From NCBI RefSeq assembly GCF_056712565.1, contig NZ_CM160072.1: 64,000 bases of DNA, one strand, 5' to 3'. Numbering within the stretch: position 1 is the first letter of the stretch; the number at the start of each line of letters is the position of its first letter. The position numbers and the translations under genes are program-made. Below, piece after piece: positions 46,074-56,576 of the stretch. The notes beneath the pieces were generated by a model. That model made no database searches. It was not told the origin of the DNA and was given only the letters and a program-made list of their open reading frames with translations.

Positions 46074-47465
46074 ATGTCTGTTTCCACCCTCGAGTCAGAA
46101 AATGCGCAACCGGTTGCGCAGACTCAAAACAGCGAACTGATTTACCGTCTTGAAGATCGTCCGCCGCTTCCTCAAACCCTGTTTGCCGCCTGTCAGCATT
46201 TGCTGGCGATGTTCGTTGCGGTGATCACGCCAGCGCTATTAATCTGCCAGGCGCTGGGTTTACCGGCACAAGACACGCAACACATTATTAGTATGTCGCT
46301 GTTTGCCTCCGGTGTGGCATCGATTATTCAAATTAAGGCCTGGGGTCCGGTTGGCTCCGGGTTGTTGTCTATTCAGGGCACCAGCTTCAACTTTGTTGCT
46401 CCGCTGATTATGGGCGGCACAGCGCTGAAGACCGGTGGTGCTGATGTTCCTACCATGATGGCAGCTTTGTTCGGCACGTTGATGCTGGCAAGTTGTACCG
46501 AGATGGTGATCTCCCGCGTTCTGCATCTGGCGCGCCGCATTATTACGCCGCTGGTTTCTGGCGTTGTGGTGATGATTATCGGCCTGTCGCTAATTCAGGT
46601 TGGGCTGACCTCCATTGGCGGCGGTTACGCAGCCATGAGCGATAACACCTTCGGCGCACCGAAAAATCTGCTGCTGGCAGGCGTGGTCTTAGCCTTAATT
46701 ATCCTGCTTAACCGTCAACGTAACCCTTACTTACGCGTGGCCTCACTGGTGATTGCGATGGCGGCCGGATATGCGCTGGCGTGGTTTATGGGCATGTTGC
46801 CAGAAAGCAACGAACCGATGACACAAGAACTGATTATGGTGCCAACGCCGCTCTATTACGGTCTTGGCATTGAATGGAGTCTGCTGCTGCCGCTGATGCT
46901 GGTCTTTATGATCACTTCGCTGGAAACCATTGGCGATATCACGGCGACCTCTGACGTTTCCGAACAGCCAGTGTCCGGTCCGCTGTACATGAAACGCCTG
47001 AAAGGCGGCGTACTGGCAAACGGCCTGAACTCGTTTGTCTCGGCGGTATTTAATACCTTCCCGAACTCCTGCTTCGGGCAGAACAACGGGGTGATCCAGT
47101 TAACCGGTGTTGCCAGCCGCTATGTCGGTTTTGTCGTCGCGCTGATGTTGATCGTGCTGGGTCTGTTCCCGGCAGTGAGCGGTTTTGTACAACACATTCC
47201 AGAACCGGTTCTGGGCGGCGCAACGCTTGTAATGTTTGGCACCATCGCCGCCTCCGGTGTGCGTATCGTTTCTCGTGAGCCGCTGAACCGCCGGGCGATT
47301 CTGATTATCGCGCTGTCGCTGGCGGTCGGTCTGGGCGTGTCTCAGCAGCCGCTGATTTTGCAGTTTGCCCCTGAATGGCTGAAAAACCTACTCTCCTCCG
47401 GGATTGCCGCGGGCGGTATTACTGCCATCGTGCTGAATCTGATTTTCCCACCAGAAAAACAGTAA
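46074..47465 (+). CDS. xanP: xanthine permease XanP (YicE), NCS2 family
   Basis: Start at ATG 46074 ([31 protein letters not shown]...), 463 aa. Confidence 0.9.
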
Positions 47466-47472
47466 TTCACTG

Positions 47473-47497
47473 GCGGCGGTAAGATAATTACCGCCGC
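47473..47497 (+). terminator. stem-loop downstream of xanP (terminator or REP-like hairpin)
   Basis: ggcggcggtaagataattaccgccgc inverted repeat; no strong T-run. Confidence 0.4.
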
Positions 47498-47585
47498 AGT
47501 CTCACCTCTTTCACCATTCCCGCCTTGAGGATTGCGCGTAAATCGTGCATAACTCCCTTATGTGCATTTCACGGGATGGAAGACC

Positions 47586-49295
47586 ATGAAATTTATTGGG
47601 AAGCTGCTTCTCTACATTCTCATCGCTCTGTTAGTGGTGATCGCTGGCCTCTATTTTCTTCTGCAAACTCGCTGGGGAGCAGAACATATCAGCGCATGGG
47701 TTTCCGAGAATAGCGACTATCATCTGGCCTTCGGGGCGATGGATCACCGTTTTTCCGCGCCATCTCATATCGTGCTGGAGAACGTCACGTTTGGCCGTGA
47801 TGGCCAGCCCGCGCCCCTGGTGGCAAAAAGTGTCGACATTGCGCTAAGCAGTCGGCAACTGACCGAACCACGCCATGTCGATACCATCCTGCTGGAAAAC
47901 GGGACGCTGAATCTCACCGACCAGACCGCGCCGCTACCGTTTAAAGCCGATCGTCTGCAACTGCGTGATATGGCGTTTAATAGCCCGAATAGCGAATGGA
48001 AACTGAGCGCGCAGCGGGTAAATGGCGGCGTGGTTCCGTGGTCACCAGAAGCCGGTAAAGTGCTGGGTACGAAGGCACAGATTCAGTTTAGTGCCGGATC
48101 GCTTTCGCTCAATGATGTTCCTGCCACCAATGTACTGATTGAAGGCAGTATTGATAACGATCGCGTTACGCTGACTAACCTGGGTGCCGACATCGCCCGC
48201 GGGACATTAACCGGAAACGCGCAGCGTAACGCTGACGGCAGCTGGCAAGTGGAAAACCTGCGCATGGCGGATATCCGTCTACAAAGCGAAAAATCGCTAA
48301 CCGACTTCTTTGCACCATTACGCTCTGTCCCGTCGTTGCAGATTGGTCGCCAGGAAGTCATCGACGCTCGTTTGCAAGGTCCGGACTGGGCGGTGGCCGA
48401 CCTCGATCTCAGCTTGCGCAACATGACCTTCAGTAAAGATGACTGGCAGACACAGGAAGGTAAACTGTCGATGAACGCCAGCGAGTTTATTTATGGCTCG
48501 CTGCATTTATTTGATCCGATTATAAACGCGGAATTTTCCCCGCAGGGCGTAGCACTGCGCCAGTTCACCAGCCGCTGGGAAGGGGGTATGGTCAGAACGT
48601 CAGGAAACTGGCAACGCGACGGGAAAACGCTGATCCTCGATGATGCGGCAATTGCCGGACTGGAATATACCTTGCCCAAAAACTGGCAACAGTTGTGGAT
48701 GGAAACGACACCCGGTTGGTTAAACAGCCTGCAACTGAAGAGATTTAGCGCCAGCCGCAATCTGATCATTGATATCGACCCTGACTTCCCGTGGCAGCTC
48801 ACCGCGCTCGATGGTTACGGTGCCAATCTGACGCTGGTTACCGATCATAAATGGGGCGTCTGGAGTGGCTCGGCGAATCTGAATGCCGCCGCCGCAACGT
48901 TTAATCGTGTTGATGTCCGTCGTCCGTCGCTGGCGCTAACTGCCAACAGCAGCACGGTGAATATCAGCGAACTGAGTGCATTTACTGAAAAAGGCATTCT
49001 GGAAGCCACCGCCAGTGTTTCACAAACGCCACAACGTCAGACCCATATCAGCCTGAATGGACGCGGTGTGCCGGTGAATATTTTGCAACATTGGGGATGG
49101 CCTGAATTACCGTTGACTGGCGACGGCAATATTCAGCTTACCGCCAGTGGCGATATTCAGGTCAATGTCCCGCTGAAACCTACGGTTAGCGGGCAATTGC
49201 ATGCCGTGAATGCCGCAAAGCAGCAAGTGACTCAAACCATGAATGCGGGCGTAGTTTCCAGTGGTGAAGTTACGTCGACGGAGCCGGTGCAGTAA
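47586..49295 (+). CDS. yicH: AsmA-family protein YicH
   Basis: Start at ATG 47586 (MKFIGKLLLYILIALLVVIAGLYFLLQTRWGAEHISAW...), 569 aa. Confidence 0.85.
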   Translation: MKFIGKLLLYILIALLVVIAGLYFLLQTRWGAEHISAWVSENSDYHLAFGAMDHRFSAPSHIVLENVTFGRDGQPAPLVAKSVDIALSSRQLTEPRHVDTILLENGTLNLTDQTAPLPFKADRLQLRDMAFNSPNSEWKLSAQRVNGGVVPWSPEAGKVLGTKAQIQFSAGSLSLNDVPATNVLIEGSIDNDRVTLTNLGADIARGTLTGNAQRNADGSWQVENLRMADIRLQSEKSLTDFFAPLRSVPSLQIGRQEVIDARLQGPDWAVADLDLSLRNMTFSKDDWQTQEGKLSMNASEFIYGSLHLFDPIINAEFSPQGVALRQFTSRWEGGMVRTSGNWQRDGKTLILDDAAIAGLEYTLPKNWQQLWMETTPGWLNSLQLKRFSASRNLIIDIDPDFPWQLTALDGYGANLTLVTDHKWGVWSGSANLNAAAATFNRVDVRRPSLALTANSSTVNISELSAFTEKGILEATASVSQTPQRQTHISLNGRGVPVNILQHWGWPELPLTGDGNIQLTASGDIQVNVPLKPTVSGQLHAVNAAKQQVTQTMNAGVVSSGEVTSTEPVQ

Positions 49296-49303
49296 AAATA
49301 AGG

Positions 49304-49330
49304 ACGCTAGCGGATATCAGCGCTAGCGTT
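49304..49330. terminator. hairpin between convergent yicH and cupin gene
   Basis: gacgctagcg gatatca gcgctagcgtt, 9-bp stem. Confidence 0.5.
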
Positions 49331-49338
49331 CCCCGTTA

Positions 49339-50019
49339 TTAGCGCAAAATTCCATACTCACCGCACAATAACCATTTCACCGGTTCATCTTCTTCTATCG
49401 CCGGAAAACGTCCTCCCGGCTCAAGAAAATAATTATCGTGTTGGTCATCATTTACCATCGAGATTTCCCAGCCGAGAACAAACGCTTTTTCCGCCCAGAA
49501 GCGATGATACAGACGCGGCGGCAGGCAAATGCCCTGCCCCGGCTTTAGCACCAGCGTTTCACCAGGTTTCATGGTACGCCGCTGACCATCAACACTCACG
49601 GTAATGACTCGTTGATCATCACAGAGATTGGCTTCGTTGGCCCAGGCCAACCGCATGCATAAGTCTCCACCGCCCCGATTGAGGATATCTTCCATTTTGT
49701 GGGTGTGAAAATGCCAGGGAGTCTGCTGATCTTGTTGGATCTGCAACATTTTCTCAGCATACGGTTTTGGATATGCCGCCGACCCCAGCGCGCCGTTGCG
49801 CATCGTTAGCAGTGTTAGTCCCGTTTGGTTGAAATCACCACGACCAAAATCGGTGATATCCCAACCGAGCTGTAAGTCGACCACTTCTTGCCAGTTATCC
49901 CGTTCCCGCTGCAGCCAGTCATCCACCGTAAAATAGGCGAACTCTGGCAAACAAACGCGGAAGGTCTGCGCAATGGCATGTGCTTTATCAATAACATAAT
50001 TAATTTGTGAACGTTTCAT
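49339..50019 (-). CDS. cupin-superfamily sugar isomerase-like protein (D-lyxose/mannose isomerase-like); last gene of PTS/aldolase operon
   Basis: ORF with cupin-like His/Glu-containing core; start trimmed to MKRSQINY...; 20-bp overlap with upstream kinase gene. Confidence 0.55.
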   Translation of the reverse strand: MKRSQINYVIDKAHAIAQTFRVCLPEFAYFTVDDWLQRERDNWQEVVDLQLGWDITDFGRGDFNQTGLTLLTMRNGALGSAAYPKPYAEKMLQIQQDQQTPWHFHTHKMEDILNRGGGDLCMRLAWANEANLCDDQRVITVSVDGQRRTMKPGETLVLKPGQGICLPPRLYHRFWAEKAFVLGWEISMVNDDQHDNYFLEPGGRFPAIEEDEPVKWLLCGEYGILR

Positions 50020-50932
50020 TGGCTTCTCCGTTGCGCATAGCAAGCCAGGCAGCGCCACGCATTCCGCTACTGTCGCCGTGCTGTGCTTTTACAATGGGAG
50101 TGGTGAATTGATCGGTGAAAACCAGTGGAGCGACTTCTGCGTTCAGATCGGTGATAAGCAGTTCCACATTCGAAAGCCCGCCGCCGATCACAATCACGCC
50201 AGGGTCAACAACATTAACGATGGTTGCCAGCGTGCGGGCAAGCTGTTGGCGAAAACGTGCCACCTGCTGCATGGCACAAGCATCACCACGTTGTGCCAGG
50301 GTGACAATCGCCGCAGGAGTGAGCAAGTTACCAGTCATCTGTTGATAGCGTTCACTAAAACCGCTGCCGGAAACAAACGACTCCACGCAGTTGTGTTTGC
50401 CGCAATAGCAACTGACTGATGGACCATCTTCCTGCTCCGTATAGCCTGGCAACGTGATATGACCGCATTCGGCAGCATTTCCCCAGGCCCCTATAAACGG
50501 TCGTTGCTTGATGGCAATGCCACCGCCGCAGCCCGTACCAAGCGTAATACCAAATACCACGTCATAATCTTGCCCGGCACCGTCGCAAGCTTCTGATAGC
50601 GCGAAACAGTTACCATCATTGGCTATCACCACCGGTTGCCCAAGCAATTGCTGCAAATCAGCCTGTAACGCATGACCGTTAATCACCTGAATATTCGCGT
50701 TTTTAATCAGGCCAGTGAGTGGCGAGATACTGCCGGGTAAGGCGATCCCTGTCAGCATCGGTCGTTGAACGTCCCGCCTAATCTGCTCGATAAGCGCCAC
50801 AACGCATGAGACAAATTGTTGATATGTCGACTTTTGCGTCGGGCAGCGGTAACGGCGAATCTCCCAGCCATGCGCATCCATGACAACGGCGGCGATTTTG
50901 GTCCCACCAATATCCAACCCCAGATAGTGCAT
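50000..50932 (-). CDS. ROK-family sugar kinase
   Basis: Start MHYLGLDIGGTKIAAVVMD (ROK ATP-binding N-terminus); Cys-rich zinc motif CGHITLPG...CYCGKHNC. Confidence 0.8.
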   Translation of the reverse strand: MHYLGLDIGGTKIAAVVMDAHGWEIRRYRCPTQKSTYQQFVSCVVALIEQIRRDVQRPMLTGIALPGSISPLTGLIKNANIQVINGHALQADLQQLLGQPVVIANDGNCFALSEACDGAGQDYDVVFGITLGTGCGGGIAIKQRPFIGAWGNAAECGHITLPGYTEQEDGPSVSCYCGKHNCVESFVSGSGFSERYQQMTGNLLTPAAIVTLAQRGDACAMQQVARFRQQLARTLATIVNVVDPGVIVIGGGLSNVELLITDLNAEVAPLVFTDQFTTPIVKAQHGDSSGMRGAAWLAMRNGEANETFTN

Positions 50933-50979
50933 ATCTCGTTCCTTGTTGCGTAAAAGGCGGGTCACCCCGCCCTTCTGGC

Positions 50980-51840
50980 TTAGTACAGTGATGCTTTACC
51001 GAGCGAACCGAACAGTTTCATTTTGTGGCGAATGACTTCCCGCGCCGCGTTAATCGCATCCGGATAGATGACGTTCGGGTCCCACCAGCTCTCTTTAGCG
51101 AGAATTTCACGCACTTTCTGGAAATAGGCGTATTTCATATCGCTGGAGATATTGATTTTGCCGACGCCGAGCGTAACTGATTCAGCAATCTCCGCGTCCG
51201 GGTTTGCCGAACCACCGTGTAGCACCAGCGGAATATCAATACGTCCGGCAATGTCGCGCAAAATGTCCATTTGCAGCTTCGGCTGCATCCCTTTTGGATA
51301 GATGCCATGCGCTGTACCAATCGCCACAGCCAGTGTGTCGGCACCTGTACGAGCAATAAAATCGGCGGCCTGCGCCGGATCTGTGTAGGTCACTTGTGAA
51401 ACACCACCTTCTACCGACGTTCCTGTTTGTCCGATGGTTCCCAGTTCACCCTCAACCGACACGCCAACCGCGTGAGCGAGGCGAACCACTTCTGCGGTCA
51501 GCGCCACGTTTTCTTCATACGGCAGCAGCGAACCGTCGATCATTACTGAGGTAAATCCGCAGCGAATCGCACGCAAAACATGCTCTACAGAGGCACCATG
51601 ATCGAGGTGCAGTACAAACGGGACCGGACTACGCTGGGTAATTTCGCGAACGTGAGCGAAAAAGGCATCGCCCACAAAATCATGTTCGCTGGGATGGATG
51701 GCAATAATCGCCGGAGTATTTGTCGCTTCTGCTTCATCCACGACTGCGCGAAGGAAACAGTTATCCGCCACATTAAATGCGCCAATGGCAAAGCCGTGCT
51801 GGCGGGTAGGTTGCAGTAATTCTTTCATCGAAACTAACAT
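50980..51840 (-). CDS. class II ketose-bisphosphate aldolase (tagatose/fructose-1,6-bisphosphate aldolase family)
   Basis: 286-aa ORF with class II aldolase motifs (HLDHG, GTAHG, LVLHGGS). Confidence 0.8.
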   Translation of the reverse strand: MLVSMKELLQPTRQHGFAIGAFNVADNCFLRAVVDEAEATNTPAIIAIHPSEHDFVGDAFFAHVREITQRSPVPFVLHLDHGASVEHVLRAIRCGFTSVMIDGSLLPYEENVALTAEVVRLAHAVGVSVEGELGTIGQTGTSVEGGVSQVTYTDPAQAADFIARTGADTLAVAIGTAHGIYPKGMQPKLQMDILRDIAGRIDIPLVLHGGSANPDAEIAESVTLGVGKINISSDMKYAYFQKVREILAKESWWDPNVIYPDAINAAREVIRHKMKLFGSLGKASLY

Positions 51841-51920
51841 GTTAAATCTCCAGTTTCAGCGTGTAGTCCGCCCTGCCGGTGCGTTATTGCACTGGCATAA
51901 AGGCCATGACAGAAAATGAA

Positions 51921-52772
51921 TCAGGCTTTGCCGATAGAGCCGCTCGCCTGTAAATACGGTGTAATCGCTTCTTCGAAGGCCAGTTCCATAGCTTTCAGCG
52001 CGTCCACCAGTTCAATGGATATATCGTGACAGAGGGTATGCAGGAGCGCGGATTTCCCCCGTTCAAAAATGGCCGCCCCCACGTTGATTTTTGCTACCCC
52101 CAGCGTCGTACAGAGCTGGAGCTGATCGAACGGCGTACCGCTACCGCCATGTAATGCCAGAGGCACGCTCGAGCAGCGCGAAATCTCCGCCAGACGCTGA
52201 AAATCAATAGCAGGTACAACGCCAGGCGCGTACATGCCGTGCGCCGTGCCTACCGAGACGGCCAGTAGATCAATGCCTGTCTGCGCGATAAACGGTTCCA
52301 CATCAGTGGGTTGCGTCATCAGGTCTGCATTGGCGGCCTGGTCGTAACGCGGCGCATCTGCCAGATGGCCCAGTTCGCCTTCCACGCAGAGCTGCGCGCT
52401 GGCGGCGAGTTCCACCACCGCCCTGGTCTGGCGCACGTTTTCCTCCAGGGGAAAAGCAGAAGCATCAATCATTAATCCGCTGAAACCAGCACGAAACGCC
52501 TGACGAATACAGTCCGGATTTTTGCCATGATCAAGCGCCAGAGCGACCGGTACTGAGGCAGATTCCGCGAGCGTTTTAACCACTGCCGCCGCGACGGGTG
52601 CAGGAAAATGCGCCAGATGCCCCTGATAGAGATTGAGAATGATCGGAGCGCGATTCTTCTCCGCCACGCGGATAGCTGCGTGAGCACTTTCCAGATTCAT
52701 ACAGTTGATCGCCAGCAAGGCGTAATGTTCATGCCAGGCTTTCATCACCATACTTTTCATATCGGCAAACAT
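51921..52772 (-). CDS. class II ketose-bisphosphate aldolase, second paralog
   Basis: 283-aa ORF with ALDHG, GTAHGMY, LALHGGSG motifs. Confidence 0.8.
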   Translation of the reverse strand: MFADMKSMVMKAWHEHYALLAINCMNLESAHAAIRVAEKNRAPIILNLYQGHLAHFPAPVAAAVVKTLAESASVPVALALDHGKNPDCIRQAFRAGFSGLMIDASAFPLEENVRQTRAVVELAASAQLCVEGELGHLADAPRYDQAANADLMTQPTDVEPFIAQTGIDLLAVSVGTAHGMYAPGVVPAIDFQRLAEISRCSSVPLALHGGSGTPFDQLQLCTTLGVAKINVGAAIFERGKSALLHTLCHDISIELVDALKAMELAFEEAITPYLQASGSIGKA

Positions 52773-52783
52773 AGGGCCTCCGG

Positions 52784-53875
52784 TTATTCGAGGGTGAAAG
52801 TGATCTCTTCATCTTTCAGCTTTTGATCGCTCAGTTCGTCAAACTCTTCGTCGCGTTCCGTTACCGGTTTCTTCCAGAGTGAAAGCATCACGCCACAAAT
52901 CACCGTGCCTATACCCAGCGCCAGGCAAAACAGCAGAGGATGGGTGAACAGAGGCACAACAAACATGCCGCCATGCGGAACCGGACTCTCCACGCCCCAC
53001 ACCATGATTAAGCCGCCCGCGACCGCCGATGCCACCACACAAGATCCCACTACTCGCAGCAGGTCACGCGCGGCGATCGGAATGACTCCTTCAGTGATCA
53101 TGCAGATCCCCATCGGAAACGCGGCTTTCAGCGCCTCGCGCTCCGCACGGGTGTATTTATGGCGTGTCAGTAAGAACGAAAGTGTGATGCCAAACGGAGG
53201 GATGATTGAGCCGACAAATTTCACGGCTTCTGGTCCGTAGACGCCACTGACCAGCAAGCCATCGGAAAACAGCGACATGGTTTTGTTGACCGGACCACCG
53301 AAATCGAAGGTTGCCATCGCGCCAAGTATGGCCCCCATCAGGAAGCGCGATCCGCCCTGCATCGACTCGAGCAAATGAATCAGTGCTTCTTGTAACCAGG
53401 CGATGGGTTTACCAATCAGCGTCATCATTAACAGCCCACCGATAATGGTGCTTAATACCGGCAACACCATGATTGGCATGAGTCCTTGCATCGACTGCGG
53501 CAGGCGGATATAGCGTTTAAGTAGCAAAATGGTGTAGCCCACCAGGAAACCACCCAACATACCGCCAATAAATCCGGTATGGATTTGCCCACAGAGAAAG
53601 CCGACAATCAGGCCCGGGGCAAATCCGGGACGATCGGCAATAGAATAGGCAATTGCCGCGCTAATCAGCGGCACAATCAGCCCCATTCCCCAGCCGCCAA
53701 TCTGATTAAGCATCCACGGGATTGTTCCTGTTTTTTCACCAACATCTGTACCGCCAAGAACTTGCCCCAACGCAATACATATCCCGGCGGCCACAATAAG
53801 GGGTATCATCCACGAGATGCCGGTTAATAAATGTTTTTTAATTTCCTGTGAAACCGGAATTTTATTTTCTTTCAT
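52784..53875 (-). CDS. PTS fructose-family EIIC permease
   Basis: 363-aa polytopic membrane protein in operon with EIIB and EIIA. Confidence 0.75.
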   Translation of the reverse strand: MKENKIPVSQEIKKHLLTGISWMIPLIVAAGICIALGQVLGGTDVGEKTGTIPWMLNQIGGWGMGLIVPLISAAIAYSIADRPGFAPGLIVGFLCGQIHTGFIGGMLGGFLVGYTILLLKRYIRLPQSMQGLMPIMVLPVLSTIIGGLLMMTLIGKPIAWLQEALIHLLESMQGGSRFLMGAILGAMATFDFGGPVNKTMSLFSDGLLVSGVYGPEAVKFVGSIIPPFGITLSFLLTRHKYTRAEREALKAAFPMGICMITEGVIPIAARDLLRVVGSCVVASAVAGGLIMVWGVESPVPHGGMFVVPLFTHPLLFCLALGIGTVICGVMLSLWKKPVTERDEEFDELSDQKLKDEEITFTLE

Positions 53876-53899
53876 ATTAAGATCCCTCCAGTATAAGGA

Positions 53900-54214
53900 T
53901 CATTTGTTTCCCAGTGATTTTTCGACCTTTTCAAGAAATTGAACGGGCGATTTAATGACGATCTCTGTCTTTACTCGCACAATACGTTTATTGGTGAAGC
54001 GTTCTTCTCCTTTTATTTTCACATCTACAGCAAGAATCACGACGTCAGCAGCAGAGATATCTGCCGCCTGTAATTCATTTTCTGTACCAATGGTTCCCTG
54101 GGTTTCAACTTTAATGGTATGGCCCAGAGCTTTTGCTCCTTTGATTAACTTTTCACGAGCAATATAGGTATGAGCAATACCCGCCGTACAGGCGGCAACA
54201 CAGACAATATTCAT
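53900..54214 (-). CDS. PTS fructose-family EIIB
   Basis: 104-aa ORF MNIVCVAACTAGIAHTYIAREKL... with phospho-cysteine motif (CVAACTAGIAHT). Confidence 0.8.
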   Translation of the reverse strand: MNIVCVAACTAGIAHTYIAREKLIKGAKALGHTIKVETQGTIGTENELQAADISAADVVILAVDVKIKGEERFTNKRIVRVKTEIVIKSPVQFLEKVEKSLGNK

Positions 54215-54231
54215 GACATACTCCCTGTTAT

Positions 54232-54702
54232 TTAGAAGACATCGGATTGTGCATACTGACTAAAGAGATCAATGATTTTTTGCGGACTCGTCTCAACTAA
54301 CAATTGTTCTATGATGTCATCATCCGCCAGCGCGCCCGCGACCTGGGAAAGTAAACGGATATGGGTGGTATTTTGATCTTCAAGACGTACCGCAAATAAA
54401 ATAATACAGCGCACGCTACTGCCATCCAGCGTTTCCCAGGGAATATCCTGGCGGGTACGGCCAATTGCCAGCGTAGTATTAATCACAGCTGAAGATTTAC
54501 CATGCGGGATCGCAATATGATTTTCAAAACCAGTCGAGCCTTCCGCTTCGCGCTGCCAGACATCTTTAATAAAGGTTTCCCGACAATCGATCGCACCATC
54601 TTTTTTGAGAAGATTAGTTAATTCTTCAATCGCCTCCGCTTTATTCGTCGCTTGCATATCTAAAATAACGCGATTCGTATTCAGGATTTTTGTTATGTCC
54701 AT
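54232..54702 (-). CDS. PTS fructose/mannitol-family EIIA
   Basis: 156-aa ORF with conserved His region (IAIPHGKS). Confidence 0.8.
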   Translation of the reverse strand: MDITKILNTNRVILDMQATNKAEAIEELTNLLKKDGAIDCRETFIKDVWQREAEGSTGFENHIAIPHGKSSAVINTTLAIGRTRQDIPWETLDGSSVRCIILFAVRLEDQNTTHIRLLSQVAGALADDDIIEQLLVETSPQKIIDLFSQYAQSDVF

Positions 54703-54728
54703 TCGTCATACCTCATAAAATTCTGACA

Positions 54729-56282
54729 TTAAATTTCAACGACCCGAGACGTCGCATGATGTAATTTTTCCGTAATCACCATTTCAGTGACCCGCTTAAT
54801 ATCGGCATCATTAAAAAAAGCGGTAACATAAGCGACCGGCATAGTGACTGTAGGCAAATTAATGGTCGAAATAATCAGTTCGATATTGTCAGGCAAAACC
54901 TGTGATAAATTCGCTGCTGAAATAACATCAACAATCGTCCATTCAGGAAATGCTCGCAGAATACGGCTTTTCAGTAGATGCGAAGTTCCGATTCCGGTTG
55001 AACAGACCAGTAATACACGTTTACGGGCAATTTGCCGCTCCATCGCAGCCTGAAAATGAACGGTCAGGTAACCCACTTCATCCTCGCTCACTGCATTCTC
55101 ACCCCAGGTTTTAAATACCTGATTCACCACATATTGCGTCAACCGCCAGACATCCGCTAATTCTGCTTTAATATCTTCCAGCAATGGATTACGGATATGA
55201 ATGCGATAATTTAGACGGTTAATCAGCGGCTTAATATGCACCAATAAGCCATCATATAATGCGCTGTCTTCACTAAAATCGCAGTCCACGATGTCACTGA
55301 ATACCGTAATTAAACGCCAGGTAATCAGACGCGCTTCATTGCTGGCCTGCATATGTGAAATAATGCTAACATCTTTTTGTCCATCAATCGCCACACCTGA
55401 TGAAATGATATATTGATAAATAAACCAGACTTCATCATCGGGCAATGTATGTGCAATTCGTTGTTCTATCTTATGAATCATCTGACTGGCAACATTAAAG
55501 ATATTTTCATCATATTGTCTGGTTTGATCTTCTTCTCTTGATAACGCATTCCCGTGCGTGTTGCGATACATCATAATAAGGATGTGAGTAAAAATGTTAA
55601 CGTAATAAGGTTCTCCCAAAGACCAACTTAATTCATTTTCCATATCCAGTAACAATGACTGGACAAATAACACCTCTTCTTCTCCAAAATAATGGACTAA
55701 TGCTTTATAGCTTCCGGGATCCAGACGTGAATACACGACACCTTGCGGCTCATTATGGTTAATAATGCCGTTAATCAGTAATGCCATTGCCTGTCGGACT
55801 TGCCCTTCACTACCTTCAATATGCGTACCACTTGGACTGCGGATCAACGATAACCCCAACGGCGCAAGCCAGGACTCAATTACTCTCAGGTCATTAACAA
55901 TAGAGGCTCCGCTGATAAAGTAGCGTTCTGACAATTTACTGATCGACGTTTCATTCGGTGTTTCACTTAATAACTGCGACGCTATTTTAACGCGCCTGGC
56001 ATTATTCATTACACCATCAATCTCTTCACATTCTGCCACCAACAAATGATCAAGATGCAGCAAATCAGCAATATTCTCCGCACTTAACATCACACCCGCG
56101 CCAGCACGCTTCTCAACATTTATTCTCCATTGTCCCAGCCATTGCTCAAGTAAACGTAAATCACGTTGAATGGTTTTTTCCGAAACATTTAAATAGCCGG
56201 CAATCGTAACAATAGTCGTATATTCCCTTCGAGGTAAAAGGAATCGTAATAATCTGTTTTGTCGCGAGGTAATCATTTGCAT
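54729..56282 (-). CDS. PTS-operon transcriptional activator (Mga/MtlR-like HTH, probable PRD-containing)
   Basis: 517-aa ORF; N-terminal HTH (TIVTIAGYLNVSEKTIQRDLRLLEQ); size and position typical of PRD-type regulators. Confidence 0.65.
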   Translation of the reverse strand: MQMITSRQNRLLRFLLPRREYTTIVTIAGYLNVSEKTIQRDLRLLEQWLGQWRINVEKRAGAGVMLSAENIADLLHLDHLLVAECEEIDGVMNNARRVKIASQLLSETPNETSISKLSERYFISGASIVNDLRVIESWLAPLGLSLIRSPSGTHIEGSEGQVRQAMALLINGIINHNEPQGVVYSRLDPGSYKALVHYFGEEEVLFVQSLLLDMENELSWSLGEPYYVNIFTHILIMMYRNTHGNALSREEDQTRQYDENIFNVASQMIHKIEQRIAHTLPDDEVWFIYQYIISSGVAIDGQKDVSIISHMQASNEARLITWRLITVFSDIVDCDFSEDSALYDGLLVHIKPLINRLNYRIHIRNPLLEDIKAELADVWRLTQYVVNQVFKTWGENAVSEDEVGYLTVHFQAAMERQIARKRVLLVCSTGIGTSHLLKSRILRAFPEWTIVDVISAANLSQVLPDNIELIISTINLPTVTMPVAYVTAFFNDADIKRVTEMVITEKLHHATSRVVEI

Positions 56283-56576
56283 TTTTTACCCTTATCACAG
56301 ATTAAGAAGCCCCATATGGAAGAGCTTCAGTTGCCATCTCTGAGGGTAAATATAAAGCAGAATAATTTCACAACAATACTAAAATCTGTCCGTAATCCGG
56401 ACAGTGATAAAACAAAGCAAGGCGGTTAAGGGATATTTTTCAACACAGATCACATTTTCGTGATGAATAATCGTGATCATGCTCGCAAATACGATGGAAG
56501 AAATATTTATTACCAGATGTGAGATTATTTACCGGATACGACACAAAACCATTCGTATCCGGCATTCTTCAATAGA

